A DNA stretch of 24,235 nucleotides from a virus (Duplodnaviria > Caudoviricetes), in the IMG/VR virus record IMGVR_UViG_3300027808_000164, positions 1-24,235 of that record, one strand, 5' to 3'. Under the pieces are notes generated by a model, which saw nothing but the letters and a program-made list of their open reading frames with translations, ran no database searches and was not told the origin of the DNA. Every line of letters starts with the position of its first letter. The stretch's first letter is position 1. Position numbers and translations under genes: made by a program. Below are positions 15,677-23,194 of this stretch, piece after piece.

Positions 15677-16290
15677 TATGCCGACAGATCGCCGACAGCA
15701 ACCCAAGTGTTAGTTGAGCGTTTGACGATAGATGCACCTGACCATTGCGTACTTAGCTTTAGACCGGGGTTACCGTTTACAGTCACACCAGAACCGCCAG
15801 CAATAGTTATTGTTCCTGTGCTGATGTTAAGTAAGTTAAGTACAGAACCAGTTGCGTAGTTGTAAGTGGATTCAGGTGGAACAGTCACAGTAAACGTGCC
15901 ACTAAATTCTAGAATCTTGCCTTGATCCGCACTGCCAAATGTATAGGCAACAGTTCCACCAGTAGCAACAGGGATGTAAGCACCTGCTGGTTCCCATGTT
16001 GTCACACTAGCTGCGCCAGCAGTCAAGTTGTAACCTAGCGTTGCACCCGTTGAGTTGATTCCAGAGGTTCCTACTGTTGTCCAACTTGTAGTGCCACCAG
16101 TAGATACAACTAAAACTGCACCAGAAGTAGCAGAGCCAGCAGGAGCAGAACCAAAGCCAACTTTAGTTTCAATCGCTTCAATAGCATCGTTAGCGTTTGA
16201 GTGTTGTGCAGAATGTGATGGCGAATCTTGAGAATCCGTACTTAGTGGATTGGTGAAATTGTCAAGACTTGTTGGGTAGTTAGTTGCCAT
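15676..16290 (-). CDS. tail fibre anchor/minor tail protein A
   Basis: MATNYPTSLDNFTNP...HSAQHSNANDAIEAIETKVG N-terminus; C-terminal LSTQWSGASIVKRSTNTWVAVGDL is paralogous to 12662-13192. Confidence 0.75.
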   Translation of the reverse strand: MATNYPTSLDNFTNPLSTDSQDSPSHSAQHSNANDAIEAIETKVGFGSAPAGSATSGAVLVVSTGGTTSWTTVGTSGINSTGATLGYNLTAGAASVTTWEPAGAYIPVATGGTVAYTFGSADQGKILEFSGTFTVTVPPESTYNYATGSVLNLLNISTGTITIAGGSGVTVNGNPGLKLSTQWSGASIVKRSTNTWVAVGDLSA

Positions 16291-16298
16291 TATTCACC

Positions 16299-17600
16299 TT
16301 AGAACGCCAAAGGATAAGTTTCATTCAGAGTTCCATCATACTTTACTGGATCATCATAATCAGTAGTGCTTGAATCGTATAGCGGTAGGTTGCCAGCAAG
16401 CACACCGTAAAGCGCATCGTCAAGGATGAATGGGAAGTTTGTGACCTCACCAAATTCAAAGCTAATGTTGTACTGGTCAATGCCAATGTTGTGACTGATG
16501 CCTGTGATTAAAGCAAATTCAGCAATAGGGTCACCAATGTTATTTGGCGTGAACCTGATACGGACTGCATCGTTAATTTCTAAAGCCAAGATTTTATCTG
16601 AGACTTCTTCGCTCTTGTCGTGCAATGTAAAACCTACGGCAGCAAAGCGCAGTTCTGGCAGCTGGTATTTATCAACTAAGAATCCTGCAATGCTCAAAGC
16701 ATCCGCATCATTGACCATCAGTAGCCCGTCAAGGCTTAGTGTTTGGATTCCAAAGAGTGCTTGTGATTCAACGGAGTCAGCAGTTTGGGCTGTGCCGTTT
16801 GTGCGTGTAATCGTAACCCTGTTGTAAAGATTCTCTGAACCATAGGCAACTTCAATGTTGTTGTATGAAACTCCATTGGCTGTACTGTCATCAGCAAAAG
16901 CAATGGTTTCAATTAGTGGTGGGAAGTTCACGCGATCTTTGAACGTAACTAATCCATCTTTAGAAATGAATAGTGATCCGGGTTCTGACTGCTCAACTGT
17001 TTGTAGATAACCTAGTGTGTTTGTGTTATCTGCAACTAAGTCTGCTTGAAGTAACTGTTGCCCAGTATCAATGTCACGATCAGCAACAGGCCAATCTACT
17101 TCTGGTCTGCTAAGAATCGCTTCAATGCGTTCCCCAGAGAATTGCGAAGTCGCGGTGAACTCTGTTAGTTCGGTGTTAGAAATTAAAGCAAAAGCATCTG
17201 AGCAAGTAATAGTTGCAAAGGACTTGTTACCTAAGTTGTATGTTAAATCAATGTCATCAATCTCGCCTGTGAATTGACGAACACCGTTTGCTTCGATTAC
17301 TACTTGTCGCTTAGGTACAAACTGTTGGAAGTAAGGACTAGCTGTAAAGAATGGGTCAAAATAACGGTTGTCATTGTGGAAAGTTACTTTTGCCTGACCA
17401 GATGTAAAGCGATCTAGTTCACGGGACTTACCGCGCTTGATTGAAACACTAGCAACATACTGAGTAACATCAACTAGAACATCGCCACCTAGCGGATAAG
17501 TTCCATCTAGTAAACCTTTAGTGGCATCGTCTAATGTAAAGAACTCAACATCAACTAAATCAATGTTAAATTCAACAAATACTCTTGTATCTGGTAACAC
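16299..17600 (-). CDS. minor tail/baseplate hub protein
   Basis: Follows the TMP; VSIKRG.SR..D.F..G, F.N.NR.FDP, EQSEPG.LFI.KDG...F.DR, YNRVTITR, D..S...FG motifs. Confidence 0.8.
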   Translation of the reverse strand: MLPDTRVFVEFNIDLVDVEFFTLDDATKGLLDGTYPLGGDVLVDVTQYVASVSIKRGKSRELDRFTSGQAKVTFHNDNRYFDPFFTASPYFQQFVPKRQVVIEANGVRQFTGEIDDIDLTYNLGNKSFATITCSDAFALISNTELTEFTATSQFSGERIEAILSRPEVDWPVADRDIDTGQQLLQADLVADNTNTLGYLQTVEQSEPGSLFISKDGLVTFKDRVNFPPLIETIAFADDSTANGVSYNNIEVAYGSENLYNRVTITRTNGTAQTADSVESQALFGIQTLSLDGLLMVNDADALSIAGFLVDKYQLPELRFAAVGFTLHDKSEEVSDKILALEINDAVRIRFTPNNIGDPIAEFALITGISHNIGIDQYNISFEFGEVTNFPFILDDALYGVLAGNLPLYDSSTTDYDDPVKYDGTLNETYPLAF

Positions 17601-19885
17601 TATGCACTCACAAAGACTGGGCCACTTTTGCGTTCAAAACGTTTAATGGCATCTACGATCTCACGACCTATCTGGTTACCGTCTGCGCCCAAGCCAGCAT
17701 TTACGTTTATGGTTATGGTTGTTCCCATGCCAGCATTGCGACCTGACAAAGGCACAACTGCTTCAGGCCCGGCTTCACCAATTAAAGCAAGCGTTGGTTT
17801 AGTGACAATGCCACCGTTTGCCATTGCAGGAATGTCTACGCCTAACGAATTTGCAAGGTCAGTAATCTTTTGCTTTTCTGTTTTGCTTAATCCCTTGCCA
17901 GACTTCTTGTACTTAGCAAGGGTTTCATTAACTAGGTTGATTGCTCTTGTGTTAGTTAGTGAACCATCAACGTTGATAGTAAAGCCAGCAGCAGCGATAG
18001 CAGCTCTAACACCATCAACAAGTGCTTGACCTGCTGAAATACCTGCTGTGTAGAACTGAGCAGCAGCGGATTCACCAAGGGCAGTAGCGACAGATTCAGT
18101 TGCACTAATCAAAGTATTAACTTGATCTACAACCGTTGCGCCACCGGCAATAATCTCATCAGCTATCTTCGTACCAACATCTGCGCCTGCGGCTAGTACT
18201 TGACCAATGGCATTTTCAGATAGACCCATTGCTAAAAGGGTTCTAACCTTATTTCCGAAATCAACAGCCTTAGCAGATTGGGCAATTAGGTTTTCTATAA
18301 AGGAACCAGTTTCAGCAGTAGCAGCTGAACTGAAATCTATAATTCCTCTAATTACGTTTGAGATGCCATCCTTAAAACTGTTGTAAGCATCTTTGGCTTT
18401 AGCCAGAATGTCATTGTTGCGCGTGAGTTCATCACCTAATAAAGACATTTGAGCCTGAGCAGCTTTAGCAGCTGCGCTCAATCCTTTAACTGCGGTTGCG
18501 GTCTTTCCTAAATTTGCGGTTATGGAAGTATCAGGAACAGGAACACCAGCAACAATTGGAACGCGACCCAACTTAACGCGCTTGATTCCCTTATTTTCTA
18601 GAGCATCATTAGCTTGAGTTGCGGCTAATGCAACAGCGTTAAGGGTGATAATGTTTCCACCAATTTTGCCGTTCATTAAATCTGCGTATTGCCCCATGTT
18701 CTTAAATGCAGCTACACCGTTAGATTCCATAAAGCGTATTTCTTTATCGGTTGCAGATGCAGCAATGCGTGTTTCTATAAACTTTCCAACAAGGAATCCA
18801 AGAGCTACTACAAGTAATCCAATTCCTGTACTTGCTAATGCGCTTCTAATGGCAACTGCTAACACACCAAAGCCAGCAGCACCGTATAAAGTAGCAATTC
18901 TCATAGCTGTTAAAGCAGATGTAATGCCAGCAATCAATGGTGGGCCAACAGCAAGACCAATCATGGCAATTTTCATACCAACTAAGGTAAATGTTACTTG
19001 AGCAATAACTTTTGCTAGTCCTTCAAGATTGAATAAAACGTTTGAAATTTCAACGCCTAAAGTCTTTAAGCCACCTTCAGCACCTTGAAATTTAACAGCT
19101 TCAACAACTCGTTGAATAGCAGGCAAAAGTCTTTCATTAAAAGCAGAAACTACCGCCAAAGCTGCTGGTAGTAATGCTTCACCTAAACCGGCTTTCGCAT
19201 CTTCCAAACCCGATGTTAAGAATTTAAGTTGATTGGCAAGACCGTCAGCCGTACGAGCTACGTCACCTTGCGCTAATGCGCTGTCTTTCATAATCAAGGC
19301 ATAAGCAGCCTGTGTTTTAATTGCTTGAGGTAGTACGCCCTTTGTTGTCGTAATCAAACCATCAGCTAAAGCCTGTTCTTTAAGTCTTGCTTCATTTAGT
19401 GCAATACCAAAACGCTTCAATGGCTCAGTTTCGCCTGAAAGACCTGAACGTAAAGCCATCAAAGCATCGCCAATAGGAACGTTATTAAACGAAGCTAAAT
19501 CTGCGGCTAACTGAACTAGCCCGGTACTCATTTCAAAGGATGCTTGTTCTGAAATACCAAATGCCCTGAATAAGTTGCCGTAAGTTCCAGCTGCTTCAAG
19601 TGCAGCTTGACGGCTTACACCTAAAGCCTTGCTAGTTGTTTTTGACCAGTTCTGTACTGCTTCTGCATTTTGCCCAAACACAGTATTAGATTTAGCAATA
19701 GATTCAGAAAGAGTAGACGCAGCCATTACAGCAGAACGTAAACCTTGAACGGCTTTTGCAAAACCTATGCCAGCAAGGGCAGCTTTAAGTAAATTTGCTT
19801 GACCAGTTATGCCCTTAAAAGAATTTGTAGCCTGATTAACGCCTTTAGGATCAAAGGTCGAAGTAATCGGAACAATAATTGCCAT
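17600..19885 (-). CDS. tape measure protein
   Basis: 761 aa, Ala/Gly-rich; LAADLASFNN...ALRSGLSGETEPLKRFG core; TM segments; C-terminal ANGGIVTKPTLALIGEAGPEAVVPL. Confidence 0.93.
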   Translation of the reverse strand: MAIIVPITSTFDPKGVNQATNSFKGITGQANLLKAALAGIGFAKAVQGLRSAVMAASTLSESIAKSNTVFGQNAEAVQNWSKTTSKALGVSRQAALEAAGTYGNLFRAFGISEQASFEMSTGLVQLAADLASFNNVPIGDALMALRSGLSGETEPLKRFGIALNEARLKEQALADGLITTTKGVLPQAIKTQAAYALIMKDSALAQGDVARTADGLANQLKFLTSGLEDAKAGLGEALLPAALAVVSAFNERLLPAIQRVVEAVKFQGAEGGLKTLGVEISNVLFNLEGLAKVIAQVTFTLVGMKIAMIGLAVGPPLIAGITSALTAMRIATLYGAAGFGVLAVAIRSALASTGIGLLVVALGFLVGKFIETRIAASATDKEIRFMESNGVAAFKNMGQYADLMNGKIGGNIITLNAVALAATQANDALENKGIKRVKLGRVPIVAGVPVPDTSITANLGKTATAVKGLSAAAKAAQAQMSLLGDELTRNNDILAKAKDAYNSFKDGISNVIRGIIDFSSAATAETGSFIENLIAQSAKAVDFGNKVRTLLAMGLSENAIGQVLAAGADVGTKIADEIIAGGATVVDQVNTLISATESVATALGESAAAQFYTAGISAGQALVDGVRAAIAAAGFTINVDGSLTNTRAINLVNETLAKYKKSGKGLSKTEKQKITDLANSLGVDIPAMANGGIVTKPTLALIGEAGPEAVVPLSGRNAGMGTTITINVNAGLGADGNQIGREIVDAIKRFERKSGPVFVSA

Positions 19886-19887
19886 AA

Positions 19888-20406
19888 CTATTTAACCTTT
19901 TTCAAACTGTCATTGTACGTTTTAGTCAATTTCCTAATTGTACCAACTACTTGATCTTTGATATATGGAATTTCTCTTTCAGCCGCAGGATAGACATAAC
20001 GTGAAGCCTTACCTTTTGCATTTAAGCCACGGATCATGGCTTGACCAGAACGAGTCTTACCTCTTGCTTTACGACCAGACATATCGGCAATTGAGAAGCT
20101 AGCTGCTCCTTGTGCAACTATTCGTTCGCCAGCAACAATAGAAACTAAGGAATACCCTCTTTGTTCTGCTCTTTTTGTAAAGTTAGTTTTTACTCGTACC
20201 TTGAAGCCTGCGGGCCTCCAAGCCGTTCGCCCATTATGAACCATGCCCGACAAAGGTGCTTCTGTTGGAATGTTGGCTTTAACTGCATTAGCTACGGGTT
20301 GTGCGCCACTGCGTAAATCTCTACGAGCTTGCTTGACAATTTCTTTATCTATAGAATTAAGGATTTTTACAGTTTCTGCTATGCCAGTTATTTTTGCAAC
20401 TGCCAT
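19888..20406 (-). CDS. HK97 gp10-like tail completion/neck protein
   Basis: Basic protein; ITGIAETVKILNSIDKEI.KQ.R..LR..A.PV...VK.NIP N-terminus; RYVYPA near the C-terminus. Confidence 0.6.
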   Translation of the reverse strand: MAVAKITGIAETVKILNSIDKEIVKQARRDLRSGAQPVANAVKANIPTEAPLSGMVHNGRTAWRPAGFKVRVKTNFTKRAEQRGYSLVSIVAGERIVAQGAASFSIADMSGRKARGKTRSGQAMIRGLNAKGKASRYVYPAAEREIPYIKDQVVGTIRKLTKTYNDSLKKVK

Positions 20407-20560
20407 TACTGCCCCTGACTATTTCTCCAGCGCAAGTACATACTCATAGTAAAAAGCATACGCTCAGATTCTTCCATGAGAACTGACGGAGCAATGCCAG
20501 TTTCACACGAAAGATAAGCCACAAACCAATGTTGGGATGAGTCACCCAACCCGGTTATTT
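20406..20560 (-). CDS. tail assembly chaperone -1 frameshift extension (gpT-like segment)
   Basis: -1 frame after CCCAAAA reads ITGLGDSSQHWFVAYLSCETGIAPSVLMEESERMLFTMSMYLRWRNSQGQ*, ending in TAATG. Confidence 0.8.
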
Positions 20561-20564
20561 TGGG
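20531..20564 (-). other. programmed -1 ribosomal frameshift signal
   Basis: Slippery C CCA AAA (20558-20564), 7-nt spacer, hairpin GTTGGG-TGACTCAT-CCCAAC (20531-20550). Confidence 0.8.
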
Positions 20565-20806
20565 CTTGCTTCACTCGCTTCGATAGTTTCAACTTCATCG
20601 CACCAATCTTCAAACGTCTTTTTGGTTTTACCCTGACGTTCTAGCCAATGCCATGCAAGCCACAATAGATCAGTAATGCGAAAATCGGTTTCAAGTGAAG
20701 CAACCGATTTTGTAAACTTGTCCTCAAATGCAACAAGGTCACGCGCCGTAGCAGATACTTCTTCTACTGTTTCGTCATTAAAAGTAACGCGCAGGTTGAT
20801 CTTCAT
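20555..20806 (-). CDS. tail assembly chaperone (gpG-like)
   Basis: MKINLRVTF...DLVAFEDKF; follows the major tail gene; ends SPK* at the slippery site. Confidence 0.85.
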   Translation of the reverse strand: MKINLRVTFNDETVEEVSATARDLVAFEDKFTKSVASLETDFRITDLLWLAWHWLERQGKTKKTFEDWCDEVETIEASEASPK

Positions 20807-20807
20807 G

Positions 20808-21215
20808 TTAGCTCGTTGCCCTGACCACTGTGCCACTTGTCGGAAGAGTGATCGAGAATGTTGCTATGTCACCAACGCTTGAAGCAAATGGTGAGTATGA
20901 GTTCACTAAGCAAACGGCGGTGTAAGAAGGGTTGGTTGCTGAAACAGTTGAAGATGTTGGAACGATAACAACTGTTGCAAGTGTGTTGTAAAGCGGAAAC
21001 AGCGTGGCATCAACTGAAGATGCTGCGAAGTCCTGCATGAACTGAAGCGTTACAGAACCTGATTTAAGTCCGCCGATACGCTCCCGGAAAGTTGTGCCGA
21101 AGGCAGTAGTTTCCAAGTCATCGGATTCCAAAGCGAGTTCAACGCTGTTTAAGTTTGTGGAAAGGTTTGTACCATTGATTGTGATTTTGTAATCGGTAGC
21201 TGCGAATTTCGCCAT
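20808..21215 (-). CDS. major tail (tube) protein
   Basis: ITING.NLS...SVEL..E.DDLETTAFG...RERIGGLK.GSVTL.F.QD...VGDIATFSITLP.SG. Confidence 0.9.
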   Translation of the reverse strand: MAKFAATDYKITINGTNLSTNLNSVELALESDDLETTAFGTTFRERIGGLKSGSVTLQFMQDFAASSVDATLFPLYNTLATVVIVPTSSTVSATNPSYTAVCLVNSYSPFASSVGDIATFSITLPTSGTVVRATS

Positions 21216-21227
21216 GCTGGTTTGCTC

Positions 21228-21635
21228 CTAGTCTGCGTAGCAGAGAACTACGAACTCTGCCGATAAATAGTTTACCTCACCAACAGTTAGTTCCCCATAG
21301 TTACGCATATCGGTAACTCTGAGATCGAACGCTGTGCCGTTGAGGGTCTTATCTGATTCTATCGCTAGTTTAATACTGTTCGTTCCTGTGCTTGCGCAGT
21401 AAGCATCTAAGGTATTTTGACCTGTTCGCTCAGATACACGACCAACAATTACTTGAACTGCAAACGTATAAGTCTGCATTCCCCTATGAAAGGTTTCATC
21501 ATAATTCACCGTGACTGGAAAGACTATTGCGATAGGTGGACTGATGCTGTCAGGTTGAAAGTCTGAAGTTCTAAGACCACTAATAGTTGCAAGGTTATTT
21601 TTGATCCCTGTTCGTAGTTCAGAGATGGAAGCCAT
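21228..21635 (-). CDS. tail terminator
   Basis: ISELRTGIKNNLATISGLR....PD.ISPP.AIV...Q..LDAY...SIK.AIESDKTLNG; sits directly before the tube gene. Confidence 0.8.
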   Translation of the reverse strand: MASISELRTGIKNNLATISGLRTSDFQPDSISPPIAIVFPVTVNYDETFHRGMQTYTFAVQVIVGRVSERTGQNTLDAYCASTGTNSIKLAIESDKTLNGTAFDLRVTDMRNYGELTVGEVNYLSAEFVVLCYAD

Positions 21636-22240
21636 TATGCAAAACCTCTAAGTTTGCGATACGGCGCAACCAGTTGCTCAACGTCTGGGTCAAGGTAACG
21701 ACTTACCCGGATACTTCCCATATCTCCAAAAGACAAAACGCCCAGAGGACTGTCGAGTCGCTTAAAAATTCTGCTTGCCTGAATGATGCAGGCTTGAGTG
21801 ATTGGGGTTGGCACAGAAGGCCATCCAAATACGGCGGTTAGTTTTACCAATGCTTGTTCTACTTCTACTGGAAATAGATAGTTTTCAACAGCCCGTATCC
21901 GTGTGTAAGGAACAGCAAGACCATCTACGTTTCCGTTAAGTGGTTCTAACTGATAATCAATAACTGACCAAGTGGTATCAAATACACCATCACCAGCAGC
22001 TGAAGTTTGCAAAGTTATGGCTGTACTAGAAACGTCATCTATCTGAGTAATAAAAGAATCTTCTGCTGCGTAGTAACGGGTAGCAGTACCAGATGAATAG
22101 AAGTAACGCCCAGCGTGTCCGTCAATAGCGCGTGATGCAGATTCAACAGCCATTTCAAGTAATGTATCGTCTACGTTGTCAGAAATGCGTAAAGCTGCTT
22201 TTACTTGCGCAAGTGTGGCATAGCCGTTTGTGATAGCCAA
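21635..22240 (-). CDS. head-to-tail connector (gp6/gp15-like adaptor)
   Basis: TTG start at 22240 with AGGAG SD; MAITNGYATLAQVKAAL...DD.LLE..VE.ASR.ID...GR.F...GWP.VP..I.QA...DPDV.QL..PYR. Confidence 0.88.
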   Translation of the reverse strand: MAITNGYATLAQVKAALRISDNVDDTLLEMAVESASRAIDGHAGRYFYSSGTATRYYAAEDSFITQIDDVSSTAITLQTSAAGDGVFDTTWSVIDYQLEPLNGNVDGLAVPYTRIRAVENYLFPVEVEQALVKLTAVFGWPSVPTPITQACIIQASRIFKRLDSPLGVLSFGDMGSIRVSRYLDPDVEQLVAPYRKLRGFA

Positions 22241-22262
22241 AGAAACTCCTAAAGTCTTTACT

Positions 22263-22273
22263 ATTCTACGGCA
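22263..22273 (-). promoter_or_regulatory. putative late promoter restarting transcription after the island
   Basis: TGCCG-TAGAAT (TANNNT) between the terminator and the connector SD. Confidence 0.5.
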
Positions 22274-22277
22274 GAGT

Positions 22278-22305
22278 AAAACCCCCAAATTTCTCTGGGG
22301 GTTTT
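22278..22305 (-). terminator. intrinsic terminator closing the accessory island
   Basis: AAAACCCCCA-N8-TGGGGGTTTT perfect inverted repeat with T-tracts on both strands. Confidence 0.85.
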
Positions 22306-22319
22306 GTCTATTAGATTTT

Positions 22320-22730
22320 TTAGTTCTGTGAACGCCAGTCCCATTCAGCCTGACCGTAGTAGGTCACGTTGAAATAATCTATCTGAGAGTTGATTGCTTC
22401 ACGGTTGTACTGATTTCTTATGTCCTCAACTTTTTCTTCAATTGCCTTTGCTTCTGGCAACATAACTAATCTTGCCCAACCATAGGCTTCTTGCCATTCT
22501 TCTTTCCAGATTTGTTCTTTACTCCAACCTGAAATTCGTACTCGAACGGCTTGACCACCTGAGTATTTGTCGCTCTTTACTGAAAACTTAATTTCAGCAG
22601 GGAATTCCCCAGCCTTTTGCAATGCGTTAAGTTCTTTCTTCACTGCTCTTGAAATTTCTGCTGCATCGTAAAGTTCACCAACTCTTGAACCCACGAAAGT
22701 ATCTGCATACATGGTGTTTTCGTAACTCAC
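22320..22730 (-). CDS. LPD29-like (large polyvalent protein-associated domain) protein
   Basis: AAEISRAVKKEL......FP..IKFSVKSDKYSGGQAVRV.I...YN....NSQIDYFNV.YY; GTG start with GAGGA SD. Confidence 0.7.
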   Translation of the reverse strand: MSYENTMYADTFVGSRVGELYDAAEISRAVKKELNALQKAGEFPAEIKFSVKSDKYSGGQAVRVRISGWSKEQIWKEEWQEAYGWARLVMLPEAKAIEEKVEDIRNQYNREAINSQIDYFNVTYYGQAEWDWRSQN

Positions 22731-22747
22731 TTTGTCCTCTTTTCTAT

Positions 22748-22909
22748 TTACTTAAAAATTCCTTGACCGGCAAAAATGCCAACCATTTCTTGAAAGTTTT
22801 CTTGTGATGCTTCCCATTTCACTGAGTAACATTCAACACAAATGCCACCGGGAAACTCTTCAATTGGTTCCATGTAAAAAGCGCAACTAGCGCAAACAAT
22901 CAATTTCAT
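22748..22909 (-). CDS. 53-aa Zn-finger microprotein
   Basis: Start reassigned to MKLIVCASC...FPGGICVEC; SD AAGGAG. Confidence 0.75.
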   Translation of the reverse strand: MKLIVCASCAFYMEPIEEFPGGICVECYSVKWEASQENFQEMVGIFAGQGIFK

Positions 22910-22933
22910 AACCACTCCTTTCCTTATATAACT

Positions 22934-22962
22934 ATTGTGACAGTTTGTATAACAAATGTCAA
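22934..22962 (-). promoter_or_regulatory. sigmaA-type promoter with operator
   Basis: TTGACA-17 nt-CACAAT (TGn extended); TTTGT-ATA-ACAAA at 22944-22956. Confidence 0.8.
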
Positions 22963-23117
22963 GCTGATTTAACAGCCAATGCTGACAAGATTTCTTGTGC
23001 AATTTGCTTTTGTTTTTTAGCCATTTCTTGCGCTATTTTGTTAGCGACTGCGTAAGCTTTCTCAACCATTTCAGGGCTAACTTCCCATTTTGACTCAACA
23101 GGAATTTGACCAATCAT
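22959..23117 (-). CDS. 52-aa helical hypothetical protein
   Basis: Manual ORF MIGQIPVESKWEVSPEMVEKAYAVANKIAQEMAKKQKQIAQEILSALAVKSA; SD GAGGGGTG; its stop overlaps the next -35. Confidence 0.7.
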   Translation of the reverse strand: MIGQIPVESKWEVSPEMVEKAYAVANKIAQEMAKKQKQIAQEILSALAVKSA

Positions 23118-23133
23118 TTTTCTCACCCCTCTC

Positions 23134-23176
23134 TGTCCTACATAACTATTATTTCAGTTTGTATAACAAAAGTCAA
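23134..23176 (-). promoter_or_regulatory. sigmaA-type promoter with operator
   Basis: TTGACT-17 nt-AATAAT (TGn extended); TTTGT-ATA-ACAAA at 23158-23170; followed by TATGTAGGACA. Confidence 0.8.
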
Positions 23177-23194
23177 GGGTCAAAACGCTTGATT

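Noticed and set aside
11898-16290. Invertase-type tail fibre switching between the two cassettes
   Set aside because: The cassettes are co-oriented; no inverted recombination sites or recombinase gene were seen.
22748-23002. Longer ORF-track starts (also 3651-3971, 7169-7447, 8999-9436, 13229-15706, 20555-20836, 21635-22288)
   Set aside because: The extensions overlap promoters, terminators or upstream genes; downstream starts have an SD or TAATG/ATGA coupling.
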